NCBI RefSeq assembly: GCF_009914755.1
Contig: NC_060934.1
DNA from: the human T2T-CHM13v2.0 reference genome, Homo sapiens
Reading direction: 5' to 3' (one strand)
Length of the DNA: 64,000 bases
Below, one piece after another: positions 11,651-44,127 of this stretch (its first letter is position 1; each line of letters starts with the position of its first letter). A program made the translations under genes and the position numbers. The notes under the pieces are model-generated. The model worked only from the letters and a program-made list of their open reading frames with translations. It was not told where the DNA came from and made no database searches.

Positions 11651-12800
11651 TGAAAGAAGCTAGACATGAAAGATTACATACTGTTTGACTACATTTAGGT
11701 ATAAAGTTAAAAAATAGTCAAAACGGCACTGTATTGTTTAGAAATGCGTATTTAGGTGGTAAAACTATAGAGTAAGGCAAAAGTGTATTCTCAAAAATGT
11801 CAGCTAGAGGATGTTGCTGGGGGAAGTTTAGGGGTGCTGATTAGGAAATGAAACAAGAGAGGCAATGCTCCACTTCTAGGCTTTGTGCAGGTCCAGAGTG
11901 TGTGTTTATAGGAATTTATTAATCTTATATTTTTCTTTATGTAATTGTATGTGTGTTATATTTCACAATAAAAGAGGCTAGAAAGTAGGGAAAAACTGGT
12001 TTGTGAAAGTCTAAGCTCTTATACTCTTAACAACTTTCTAAAAATTATTTAGAATTAAGCTTATGTTGTCACAAATTTTTCTTATATCCCATTCCTTCTC
12101 ATTTGTTCTACTTTTTTGTTTTTTTACAATTTTTTTTGGTGGTATAACACACATAACATAAATTTTACCATTTTAACCATTGGTAAATAATCTTTAGTAA
12201 TTTCTTTCAAATAAATTGTGACATAAACTTTTGAGTCTTTGCATGTCTAAAAGTGTACTTTTCATTTTCACTTGAATGATAAAATGGCTAAATGTGGTAT
12301 TCCAAATAATTTTTTCCTTGGAACCTCTTTAGCACTCAGTGTTGTGGATAAGAATTCCAATGCCAATCTAATTTTCATTCCTTTGTGGAACATCTTTTTT
12401 ATCCCCCCTTTGGGAGCTTTTAAGATTTTTTTCTTTCTTGTTGGCATTCTAAAATTTTTCATTGTTTTAATTCAGTTTTTCAGTGATTGATGTGGATCTT
12501 TAAAATTAATTTTTTTTTACAGTTTTTCATTGAAGAAAAGGATTTTTAGATTTTTTAGATTTTCTCATTGGCTCTTTAAATCTGAAGAGTAGTTTGTTTC
12601 TTCATCTGCTAAAAATGTTGTGTAATGTCTTAAAATACATGTTTTCTTCTCTTTACTCTTGTTGCAAATATTAAAATAGTTGCTGGAACTTCTAGATATA
12701 TCTTAATATTTCTTAACTCTATTTGCATTTTTTGTATTTTTGTTTGCTAATATTTAGCTATTTTTCTTTTTATAATCCTTTGAGACTTTTTATTTATTTG
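11650..12800. mobile_element. Old L1 fragments (L1ME 3'UTR on +; L1M/HAL1-like on -)
   Basis: TGAAAGAAGCTAGAC..TTTCACAATAAAA 3'UTR, then T-rich ORF1-like antisense. Confidence 0.55.
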
Positions 12801-12959
12801 AAATAAGTTTTTTGAGAACAATATAATTATACAGTGCAAATATAAAAATTGTTGTAACTGATTTTTTTTGAGAAGGTTAATGAAACATAATTCACTATTT
12901 TAACACAGGTATGAATTAAATTCTACCACTGACAAATCAAATAATGATAACTAAATACC

Positions 12960-13860
<901 letters not shown>

Positions 13861-14569
13861 TTAGTGTGCTTTTGACTTTAACTTTATGACTTTTCAGGAT
13901 AAATTATATATATTTACATTATCGTTTTCTACTACACGTCTATTCATTTAACATTTGAGTCTTTAAAATATTTTTATACTTATCAACAAAACTTTGTATT
14001 GGAAGTGGTCTTTTAGTTGCCTTCAGAAAGTTGCCTCAATGTTCATTTGAGGTTTACTGGTAAATAGAAATTAAGGCAAACTTTTCTTTGGAAATGAGAA
14101 ACAAATAGGATTTTGCAATATTCTCCAGTATTTTTCAGTCATAATATTGTGATATCATTGTTTAAAATTCACGAATTGAAGAGAGGAAATGTTTTTTAAG
14201 ATAATTTTTGACTAATGGTTTCTGAGAAAGCTTTGCTAATAATTGGCATTATTAGTAATTGATATATTTTGGGTAGACAGATATTCTACTTGTGAAAATG
14301 AATTCCAGGGCAATGTTTAAAGAAAAATAGGAGATTTAGTCCCAAATGTATAAAGGTTCAAATGAAAATTCAATTAAATTTGTATAGTAAAAATAGAATA
14401 ATACACAACTTGAGGATAAGGTGTTATCTCACAAATCTGTATTTTTTTCAGTATTTGTAAGTTTATGTGTTCAATTTAAACACTTCAACAATTAAGGAAG
14501 GTAATCATTTTTAAAATTTGATGACAATTTCTTACAGATTGATTTTTTAATATTCTTACCCATTTGAAA

Positions 14570-14700
14570 AACCATTTTGAATATTTTACAACTTGATCTT
14601 TTGAAAAGCCAAAAATAAATAAACAGGATTGCTCCAATTAACCATATTTCATACAAGTCCTTATACTACACATAACTTTAGGAACAATAGCATAGCCTGC
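14570..14700 (-). pseudogene. EBLG transmembrane/C-terminal segment, probable continuation of the 19740-20480 element across an L1
   Basis: *YKDLYEIWLIGAILFIYFW (KDL from 14662; TAG at the Trp position)~[21 protein letters not shown]. Confidence 0.5.
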
Positions 14701-14717
14701 ATAAGGTTTCTCATATA

Positions 14718-19662
<4,945 letters not shown>

Positions 19663-19739
19663 TATCATGATCCTTTCTTAAGAAAAGATAGTTTTAAAAT
19701 AAAACTTACTTTCTTAGGAAATACCTGTATAACAATATT

Positions 19740-20480
19740 AGAAAATTTGATTTATTCAGGGTGAGTCCCACTAAAGATTTACTTTCTCCTCACGTGATAT
19801 ATGATACAAATCATTACATGATAGTAAATAATTGGAATGCCAAGCCAATATTACTAATTAGATATTTTCCCTTATGTCCTATTGATAGCATAGTAACCCA
19901 ATATACTTTTGAAAACAATTAGAATAAACTAGTTAACAATACTGTGGGCTAACTGTAATCATAGATATACAATAAATGTTTTAAACCAACAAAACTAAGG
20001 AGGGACATGGTAAATAGGAAATGTTCAGTTATCTAAGGATTTTTAAAATTGTGTCATTTAGCGCTGTGTACTGTTGAAAAAATGTAAGATTTTAAAGGAA
20101 GACTGTGTCAATGAATTATTTATCTACAAATTTAACATTAGCCACTTTTATTTAATGACTCAAAGAGTATTCTTCCTTTTTTATTTCTTATTAAGAAAAT
20201 ACAGGAGGTGATACGTACTCTCTACCTTCCTATGAAGGCATGAGATCCTTACCTCTCAAAGGATTGACAACTACAAATAATGTTATAATTGGTAAATTTT
20301 TTAAATCCAGTATTCTATTATCTGTGCAGAGTCAACGATATCAAGTTCCTGATATTCACTGAGAAATTTGTGCCATTGTTTGTAGTTTTCTTAGGAATGT
20401 TTTTGTTTTAAACACTGAGTGGCAGCTGAGCCATTAACATTATACAATGAAATTGAGTCTGCCAGAAATCTACCATTTTT
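19740..20480 (-). pseudogene. EBLG covering GP-N into GP-C
   Basis: DSISL..TQCFK (20459-20406)~TISLPAVHTSCLK; ICSC (20278-20267)~ICRC; SPPVF~FPPFM; GRILF (20176-20162)~GKAML; LNDTIL (20061-20044)~LNGTIL; LLSF~IVSF; YLISNIGLAFQ (19864-19832)~YIVNGVGVVWQ. All collinear. Confidence 0.65.
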
Positions 20481-20539
20481 TCTTCCATTGTTTTTTCTTT
20501 CATGTGACTAGAAGACATCATTCATGATGCCGTGTATGT

Positions 20540-21240
20540 CTGTCAGTATCTTCTATTTATAAACAATCCCCAAGACAAAATATAATATTCCTAGCTAAAT
20601 AATAGTAAAAGTAACTATGTAAATAGGAAAAGACTCTCAGCTTAATGTAAGATGCTTTGGTTGTTAAGTAAAGGTTTAAAACATTTCATAGCAATGGCTA
20701 TGTCTGTGGTGTTTGACTATAATGTCTGCTTATCTTTGGCAAACATCACCATATTCATAGGCTTTGTTGAGTCTCATAGGTTATACCTGAATCAAAAAAC
20801 AAAAAGACAAAAAACCAACAACAACAAAGGTTGAGTATCTGCAAATGAGTCATGGAGTGTTATTTTATAGCCCTGAAAACTAGAATGTGTGCTCTGGTTG
20901 CCTGGCTGAAGGAGAGTACCAGGTTTTCATGTTCCCATCCAGCTTGGCTTTTTGGATGAGATTAAGTTTATTCATCACATAGTAGCCAAATACTAGTATC
21001 TTGGACCCTTGTGAGGAGCATTGTCCATAATAGGTAGTCCAAATATAGCCCAGCAATCTCAGGAAATGGGCAGACGTCACTTATACTGGATGTCCACAGG
21101 CAGAATACAGAGTTCTTTCATTGAATGTCCTTACGAGGCACAATAAGAATGGCTAACATGGATTTATATCACAGACAATAATAAAGGTGGTCTGTAGGGC
21201 CCTAAAAGTTCTAGTACTGCCAAAATTTTCAGGGGTCTTC
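20540..21240 (-). pseudogene. EBLG GP-C (fusion subunit), from furin-like site to TM region
   Basis: RTFRALQTTFIIVCDINP (21212-21159) ungapped vs RRRRDTQQIEYLVHKLRP; TSAHFLRLLGYI~ASASQFLR..IIGYI; YYVMNKLNLIQ (20984-20952)~KYFLNDEGRLQ; YKITLHD (20869-20849)~YNKTSHD; LNKAY (20771-20757)~INHAY. Includes ORF 20880-21080(-). Confidence 0.78.
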
Positions 21241-21509
21241 AATTACTGATTTTATTTTTCTCCATGTCATGGTTAACCACACCTTTTTTCACTCCTGTGG
21301 TGGCCTGTTTATCTCCTCTTTGTTTGTGATGTATGTTTTATTTGCTTTTAGTAATTGCTGTCTCTTAAGTATTATTGCAAAAATGTTTGCATTAACTATA
21401 GATGACCTTTCATGGTTTTTATCATGATCATATTTATTTTTTATTAGCCTATAATTCTGTTTGAATATATAGTCATGTTAACATATTTGTCAATGTTCCT
21501 GTCACGCAG

Positions 21510-21728
21510 CTCAAAATTGTTCTGGATTGAGAACCTGTGGACAGTGTTTGGAACAGCCTGGATGTGGCTGGTGCAATGATCCTAGTAATACAGGAAGAGG
21601 ACATTGCATTGAAGGTTCTTCACGGGGACCAATGAAGCTTATTGGAATGCACCACAATGAGATGGTTCTTGACACCAATCTTTGCCCCAAAGAAAAGAAC
21701 TATGAGTGGTCCTTTATCCAGTGTCCAG
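21510..21728 (+). CDS. ATRNL1: ATRNL1 coding exon, PSI domain
   Basis: cacgcag| acceptor, G|gtaata donor. 219 nt, phase 1-1. (P)QNCSGLRTCGQCLEQPGCGWCNDPSNTGRGHCIEGSSRGPMKLIGMHHNEMVLDTNLCPKEKNYEWSFIQCP. Confidence 0.96.
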
Positions 21729-21965
21729 GTAATAATAATGTAATGGAAACAATTTCAGTTTCTGCTTAAGGGATCCAAGAAGGAGTTTTTGTTCTTATAA
21801 TAAAGAAAATTTAGCTTTAGGAAAAAAGCAGAATGAAAATGAGACTAAAATGTCAAAGATAAAAAATTATTCCATAGACTATATCTATCTCAGTTTATGC
21901 AGGTGGTATTCAGTTTAGAATCATTAGATAGGCTAAATGAATTCATGGAATATCATGATTAGCTT

Positions 21966-30064
<8,099 letters not shown>

Positions 30065-30195
30065 TATTTTTATCTTTTATGTGTATTCTTTGTTTAAATC
30101 AACTCTCTCTCTTTTTTTAATCTCCTGGTTTTTATGGTGTTTTTGAATTTTTTATTTTGAGATTTAATTTAGAATTTTTTTTTCTCTTCCATGTC

Positions 30196-30411
30196 AGGGT
30201 TTGGCAAACCAAGGTCGGTAGGCCAAATCTGGTGTGCTGCAGATTTACGTAAACAATGTTTTATCAAAATACAACTCTACCCAGTTATTTGTGTATTATG
30301 TTTGTTTGCTTTTGCACTACAGTTGCAGAAAGGAATAGTTGTGATAGAGACTGTCCTGCAAAGCATAAAATGCTATCTAGTCCTTTATGTAAAAAAAGTT
30401 TTACCAATTCC
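30196..30411. mobile_element. MER58A-like hAT-Charlie MITE
   Basis: CAGGGTTTGGCAAAC..GGCCAAATCTGG..GCACTACAGTTGCAGA..AATAGTTGTGATAGAGAC. Confidence 0.75.
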
Positions 30412-31019
30412 TTTCTTGTAGTATATTTGTATAACCTGGGTTGTGGATGTATCTACAAGGGCCATTTACATCTGCTTTTACAATATCTATGGGGCTTTTT
30501 CTGTTTTCAGAGCAGGTTTGTATTAATATTTTACTTGGTGGTTTATTCACCAAATATATGATGTGAATTTAAGATTGCCATATAAGCCTGACATATACTT
30601 TAAGTTCCCACAAGTTATGTTTTTCTTTCATAAACATATCCCAGGGGACTTAAAATTCTTTTCTGCTTTTTGTAGAGCTTGTGATGTGTTTTAATACCTT
30701 TTTCATAGATAGTGTCTCCAGTTGATAGGATCATTTTATGAACATGGTTCAGTTTAGCTTGCTTCCTTTAGGATGCCAAGAATTATATCCTCTTGGTCTG
30801 CTGGATTTTGGAACCCATGCCTCCTAGTTCTTATTCGTCTATTCCACGTATAGTAAAATTTGGTCGCTAGCTCAAATTTAGCTTTACTATTCTTATTTTG
30901 AATCTCTGCTTCATTTCTAGCATCTGATAATTCCCATTTCTTTTAAAGTGGTATATGTGTTGAAAAATGCTTTGGGTAAATTTTTGTCTTAAATTTCTGT
31001 GTATATTTTTAAAATTTAT

Positions 31020-31680
31020 TAAGATTGTCACAAAGATATTTTTACATGTTGCGCGTCTGTTGCAGAGTAACTATTTTTCAAAACTATGTACTTATTTGCA
31101 TATCAAATGCTGAGTTGTCATTATATTTTATTTTGATTTTTTTCTGTTTGTGTGTCCATAAATGAGGAGCCATCTGGAGTGGTTTTAAAATTTAGAGAAA
31201 ATAGAATGGATGACTTCTCTTTAGTTTTATTCATATTCCATAGCTACTGAGATATTAGATGATATTAGAACCTTTCAAGCAACAATGTAAACCTCAACAC
31301 TCTTATGTGCAAGCTGACATTACCTGTCGATCTAACACTCTTTTGGTAGTGGGGAATAGAACATAACCATAGGCTTACTAATATACCATTTTCTTGTTAT
31401 TTGATACAGCCATTATGCCTGGGTCCCCTTTTCTGTAATATACTTTCTCCTTTGCCATTGCTACCATATTAGTTATAAGGTGTGACAATTACCAGACTTT
31501 TTTCAGCAGATATTTTTTCTGCAGGTAGGTCTAAAGTATACTGGCTTTCTGCATCATATATAGACCATGTCAGGCTTCCTTGATTTATACTTTCCACCAG
31601 ATGGATGAAGGAATACCAGTGATATGCTTCTTGACTGCCCTATGACTAACCTTTGTTTTCAGAATTTTTCTTATTCAGGA
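31020..31680 (-). pseudogene. EBLM (matrix) with possible start of downstream G
   Basis: TGIPS (31620-31606)~PGWPT; GG-x16-P spacing identical to BoDV-1 M; TLDLPAEKISAEKSLVIVTP (31537-31478) ungapped vs PLQLPREKKLTDYFTIDVEP; VRSTG~LRNIG. Further on, TC(x)KYLC (31049-31030, 1-nt frameshift)~G SCLKYHC. Confidence 0.68.
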
Positions 31681-32024
31681 AAGGAGGGTTGAGTGGCATT
31701 TTGCTAGGGAACTTCTTTTATCATCAAGAGGTATTATAGATTACTACCTTCTAGTTTTGTTCATGTAGGTCACCATAATGCCTATCATTGCTGGTACATT
31801 TACTTATTATTTTACCATTAATCTGTGAGGGAGATGTTAGATATGAGTGCTAAATTTAGCTGTCTTATTCAGATGTTAAAACTTTTTTTTTTTTAATGAT
31901 TCTTCCAAATGGCCAGAAATTTCATGAAGTTGTTACAGTAACCCATTTCTTACTTTAAATCTTCTGGTAAGTCTTTACATGTAGTGGGCACTCAATAAAT
32001 TTTGTTTTTACCTGAGTGAATTAA

Positions 32025-34100
<2,076 letters not shown>

Positions 34101-34269
34101 GAAACAGTACCTTAAGCTTTTAAGGATAATGTTATAAAATTAAAGTTTTTAATAACATTATTGTAAAGATAATATTAATTTATTATAGACAATTGGTAAT
34201 ACAGAAAAATCTTACTTTAGTAAGATACCCATCAGCTTTTCCATAAACGTATTTATACATTTCATCACA

Positions 34270-38440
<4,171 letters not shown>

Positions 38441-38859
38441 ATTGCCATCTTTCTAAATATAATGCTCTGTATTAATTGCTTCTCTTAATTTGTCATGAAC
38501 ATTATTCCTTGCTATTAAATTTTCTAATTGTTTCATAATGTAATATGGAGTTTAAAAACATTATAATTATTCTCAATTTCATAAAGAGGATGGTGAGCAT
38601 TTTTTCATAACTGCATATTCTTTCTATAATGTGTTACAATAGACTTGCACCTCTAAGAATTTCTGTAAAGTATTTGGTTTTACTCTTTTGTTTGTCTGTT
38701 TCTTCACATGCTAATTCATTTTGATGATCCTATGCTAGCCTCTTGGGAATTCCTCTCACTTTCAGATTTTCTGAATATAAGAGGCAGTTTTACATGCTAT
38801 TTAATATCTGTTTTTTTTTTTACATTCAATGTTCCATATACATATTTGTTTCTGTCGTT

Positions 38860-39030
38860 GATTAGCTGTGTGACTTTGTGTAGTTGCTTAACCCAGATTT
38901 CTCCATCTTAGAATCAGTCCTGAACACAGCAACTTCCACATAGCATTGTTTTGAAGATTAAATAATAAAATTCATATGTACAATTTGGTCCTCTGTCTGG
39001 CCAAGGCATGGTGTTTACAGTGTTTAAAAA
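38860..39030 (+). mobile_element. MIR fragment
   Basis: AGCTGTGTGACTTTG..GCTTAACC..ATTGTTTTGAAGATTAAA. Confidence 0.6.
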
Positions 39031-39473
39031 TTGATGCTTATGTACACTTACCAATCAGAACAGATACCAGCTACAAACAATTGGCACCAGCAGAATATTG
39101 GCTTTCCTCATGGAGTGAGAGAGAGCTCAGTTAAATGCTAGTTGCTATCATAGTTGTAATAAGTAAAAATAATCATGAGGGTGACAATTAAGATGATTTT
39201 TGGCCAAGCAGTTACCAGACTAAGTTAATTTTATGTCCCAAATAGGCACAAAGAGCATGAGCCTTTCATATATGAACTTTATTCTGAAATTTTTATATTC
39301 TGCTGTAATATTAACATCGAAACATGGAAGTCTCAGTTACACAGATATATAAACAATCTCATACTTTATATTTCATTCTGTTTAGTTCAAACTTAAATAG
39401 ACTTTCAGTTAAATCTTGAAGTTTTTCTTACCTAAAGAAGATACATATTTATGCAAATTAATTCAAAAGTACT

Positions 39474-39822
<349 letters not shown>

Positions 39823-40268
39823 TAGAATCTATTGCCACACTATTTTCTATATTGATTGACTCTTTATTATCATGTGTTAATATAATTAAGATGAATTTTA
39901 GCATTCTTTATCAAAGTTATAGTATTTAGCCTTGTGTTTATATAACTTAACAGACATACCATTCTTATGAATTTTTAAGGATTATGCTAAAGATTATTCC
40001 CTCTTTAGCTATAACTTTTATGTTCCAGTTCATCTTTAACCATGGCATTGTAAAGAGGTTAAGGTAAAATTTCAACACATGATTTATGGTACATACTGTC
40101 TTGCACAAAACTTTGAGCTATATGTGTTATTAATTTTTAAACAAAACTTGGAAGATGCTCTTTGGGCACTTTTACAATCCAGCTTTTTAAGATACATTCT
40201 TTGTTTTGATAGCTATTATACTTGATATTATGTTAGATATTTGTAATGCTTTTTACTGTTTCCTTTAG

Positions 40269-40406
40269 CTTGCCAGTGTAATGGACATAGCACTTGCATC
40301 AATAATAATGTGTGCGAACAGTGTAAAAATCTCACCACAGGAAAGCAGTGTCAAGATTGTATGCCAGGTTATTATGGAGATCCAACCAATGGTGGACAGT
40401 GCACAG
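40269..40406 (+). CDS. ATRNL1: ATRNL1 coding exon, laminin-type EGF domain
   Basis: tcctttag| acceptor, G|gtaagt donor. 138 nt, phase 1-1. (A)CQCNGHSTCINNNVCEQCKNLTTGKQCQDCMPGYYGDPTNGGQCT. Confidence 0.96.
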
Positions 40407-40809
40407 GTAAGTTTCTTTTAAGCAAATTTTGGTGTATTTTTACTAAGGAAAAGATAATTAAGAAAGCAGCGCCTGTTGTGGAGAATATATACTACTACAG
40501 AAAATTTTTTACTCAGTTTTAGTATGTTTTCTAAAGTAATACATATTAGAAACTGTGAACTATAAAAATTCTGTAATATGCTTGATTCAAAAATATTCCT
40601 TTTTCTTATTTCAAAATGAATGCATGTTTCTTATTGTAATTTCTCAAACACAGATAAATAAAAGAAAAAATACCTACTATCTCACTATTCAAAAATAATC
40701 ATTGCTGATAGTTTTTTTAATAAGTAATAATTTATTGTTTTGACTTCAGAAATAATAATTAAAAGTTAAATGTGTTTAACTTACATCAGGTAAGATTTTT
40801 ATTGCACAG

Positions 40810-41060
40810 GGTGGTAGTATAGAGTAGTATCTAGGAGAGTATGGGTTTGGAACCAAATCTGGGCTGAAATCCCAACTCTGTCACTGTTCAAATGTATGAC
40901 CTTGGTTCATTAACCTCTCAGTGTCTTATTTTTCCCATATGTAAAATGGAGATGATAATAATTCACTGAGTTGTTGTAAAGGTCAAATGAGATTTTATGT
41001 AATATAGGCCTTAGGAATTGAAGCACATAAAAAAGAGCATTATAAATGCTAGCCATAATC
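40810..41060 (+). mobile_element. MIR
   Basis: AAATCCCAACTCTGTCACT..TGACCTTGG..AACCTCTCAGTGTC..ATGTAAAATGGAGATGATAATA. Confidence 0.8.
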
Positions 41061-41354
41061 ATCACATTCTTGTTTACTAAACCCTACTTTCCTCCATCTT
41101 CCTCTCTATTCTGCCACTTCTTTCTCCTACTTTGTAAATAATATTTGTTCTTTAAATATAATTTCCTTTTAAAGTAGAATTTAATAGAAATCCTTCATTA
41201 TCTCTAGATTGGAACTTGTCTTTTAAATTTTTAATCTACCGTCTCTAAATGGAGTTTGCCTACATAGCACCCACAGAAATACGTTTTTGGCTGTGAAGAT
41301 GTGAGGAATTTGAGGGAGTGGAGCCTGACTCTGGTTAGATAATTTTTTTTTAAC

Positions 41355-41522
41355 ACTAGCTGCATATTAGAACCAGCTGGAAAGCTTTTAAAAATATGGC
41401 TGTCTGGGCCACTTTCTAAAACAATTAAATCATTATCTTGGTTGTGGTTGTAGGGTGATTCTTAGGTAATTGTTCTTTTTAAATGTTTCCCAAGTGACTA
41501 ATATGCACTCAGAGTTGAGACA
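41355..41522. mobile_element. MER5-like hAT-Charlie
   Basis: CTGCATATTAGAACCAGCTGGAAAGCTTTTAAAAAT..CCCAAGTGACTAATATGCAC..GAGTTGAGA. Confidence 0.7.
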
Positions 41523-41578
41523 CATGGGGAATGATGAACTGATTCAACATTTGAGTCAACAAAATTGTGCAGCTAATA

Positions 41579-41901
41579 CAGTTGTACCTTGGTATCCATG
41601 CGGATTAATTCCAAGACCTTTCCTGTGTACCAACATCTGCAGATGGTGAAGTCCCTTACATAGTGGTGTAGTATTTGCATAAAACTGATGCATATCCTCC
41701 TGTGTACTTCAAATCATCTTTAGTTGTAATTCCTAATACAATGCCTATATTTCACTTCATTCACATGGATTCAAAGTATACTTGGTGCATGGCAAATATA
41801 AATTTTACATTTTGGAATTTGGGGGATTTTTTCTGAATATTTTTGATCTGCTGTTGGTTGAGTTCACAGATGTGGAACCCATGGGTAAGGAGGGCCTACT
41901 G
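41579..41901. mobile_element. MER2 (Tigger family)
   Basis: TA|CAGTTG..GGTATCCATG ... CATGGGTAAGGAGGGCCTACTG|TA terminal inverted repeats with TA TSD. Confidence 0.85.
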
Positions 41902-42004
41902 TAGTATGTTGGGTGACAAATAAAGATAGGTGAATGGAAGTTTTGTGTTATGCAGTGCTCTGATCCATTTGAAGCTCTAATACAGATGCATTGGCCCACA
42001 TTTA

Positions 42005-42215
42005 ACATTTTTTATATCCTAGGCACCGTACTAATAGCTTTATTGTCATTATTTTATATTAGCTTTACAAAACTGTATGGTATTACTTTGATCCTCATTT
42101 TACATGTGGACACAAATATTTAATGCACAAAGAAGTTATCTAAAATACCCAAGATCATATTGCTAGTTAGAGTAAGAAAATGTCTCATTCCTAAACCTCG
42201 CTCTTAACTGTTAAT
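42005..42215 (-). mobile_element. MIR
   Basis: CTAGGCACCGTACTAA..CCTCATTTTACATGTGGA..CCCAAGATCATA..GCTCTTAAC. Confidence 0.75.
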
Positions 42216-42829
42216 GCAGGAGTTATGTTCATATGGACCAGGAAGATCCAGTTGTTCTCACCTAAAAGCCACAGCTTAGTGCTCTGTCCAGTGGATACAT
42301 AAGATGCAGTAATTATGGGCCAAGTGGAATCCACAAAATTTAGGGTCTACATACTAGAGTCATAGTGTTTTTTAATTTTATATTTCTAAAAAGACCAAGG
42401 TTTTCAAGACAAGCTCTTTCTAAAGTGTTTCAGTACTGAATTTTCCATGGCCATACATTTTATTGGAGAAAGTGCATGTGTCAGATAGGTTATGTGTGTT
42501 AATGTATTGATTGCATAATTTGAAGAAAAAATATACTATGAGATGTTTTCATTCACATTACAATTTGTGTGTCTCTGTAAACTGTCGTGTATTTAATATA
42601 AAATTGTGGTATGTTTTATTTTACTTTTATGAAAATTATTTTGGATATATTTTCCAACATATTTTCATGCCCATATGTAATTAGTTAATTCTGTAATTTA
42701 CTTAATATATTTCTGTTGGCATTTATATAATGCTTCTAACCATAACTCCAATTCTTGAGAATGACTTTTTAGCAAAGTGAAACCCACATAACAGACACTT
42801 AACTATGTACAGTGTTGTGCAACTGTCTG

Positions 42830-43148
<319 letters not shown>

Positions 43149-43784
43149 ATTTTTTAAAGTTTTTAATTAAAAAGAATTCAATTTTTAATTTTGTGGGTAC
43201 ATAGTAGGTGTATATATTTATGGGGTACATGAAATATCTTGATACAGGCATGCAATGTGAAATAATCACTTCATGGAGAATAGGGTAACCTGCTCAAGCA
43301 TTTATCCTTTGTGTTACAAAGAATCTAATTACACTCTTTAAGTTATTTCAAGTTATTTTAAAATGTACAATTAAGTTGCTACTGACTATAGTCACCTTAT
43401 TGTGCTATCGAATAGTAGGTCTTCTTCATTCTTCCTATTTTTTTGCACCTCTTAACTATACCCCCTGCCCTCCAGCCCTCTAACTATTGTTTTTGTACCC
43501 ATTAATCATCCCTACCTTCTCCCCAGCACCCCATTACCCTTCCCAGCCTCTGGTAACCATCCTTTTACTGTCTATGTTCATGAATTCAATTGTTTTGCTT
43601 TTTAGATTCCGCAAATAAGTGAGAACATGCAATGTTTGTCTTTCTGTGCCTGTCTTATTTCACTTAACATAGTGATCTCCAGTTCTATCCATGTTGTTGC
43701 AAATGACAGGATCTCATTCTTTTTTATGGATGAATGCCATAAAAAATATATACCACATTTTCTTTATCCATTCATCTGTTAATA

Positions 43785-44127
43785 CAGCAGTCCCCAACAT
43801 TTTTGGCATCAGGGAGTAGTTTTGGGGAAGACAATTTTTCCACGGATGGGGTGGTGGTGGGGTATAGTTTGTGGATGAAACTATTCTACCTCAGATCATC
43901 AGGCATTAGTTAGATTCTCATAAGGAGTGCGTAGTCTAGATTCCTCACATGTGTAGTTCACAGTAGGGTTTGAGCTCCTATGAGAATCTAATGCCACCAC
44001 AGATCTGACAGGAGGCAGAGCTCTGGCCTGAATGCTTTTTCACCCGCTGATCACCTTCTGCTGTGCAGCCGGTTCCTGACAGGAAATAGACTGGTACCAG
44101 TCCATACCCAGGGGTTGGGGACCCCTG
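43785..44127. mobile_element. MER1B (hAT-Charlie) nested in L1MA
   Basis: CAGCAGTCCCCAAC ... GTTGGGGACCCCTG termini, ~340 bp. Confidence 0.88.

Larger units (their letters stand above)
41150..42825 (-). pseudogene. EBLL RdRp core (premotif A to beyond motif C), interrupted by MIR, MER2 and MER5
   Basis: LITYGH (42684-42667)~LLSYGH; IFIK~EFIK; FSTETL (42440-42423)~FSKQTL; VDPKFCGF (42350-42327)~motif A LDYSSWCNGF; LDRALSCGF*VRTTG (42291-42247)~LDQMFNCGYFFRTG; QMLNQFIIPH (41553-41524)~QGDNQTIIIH; RVRLHSLK (41332-41309)~RLAGHNLK. Confidence 0.75.
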
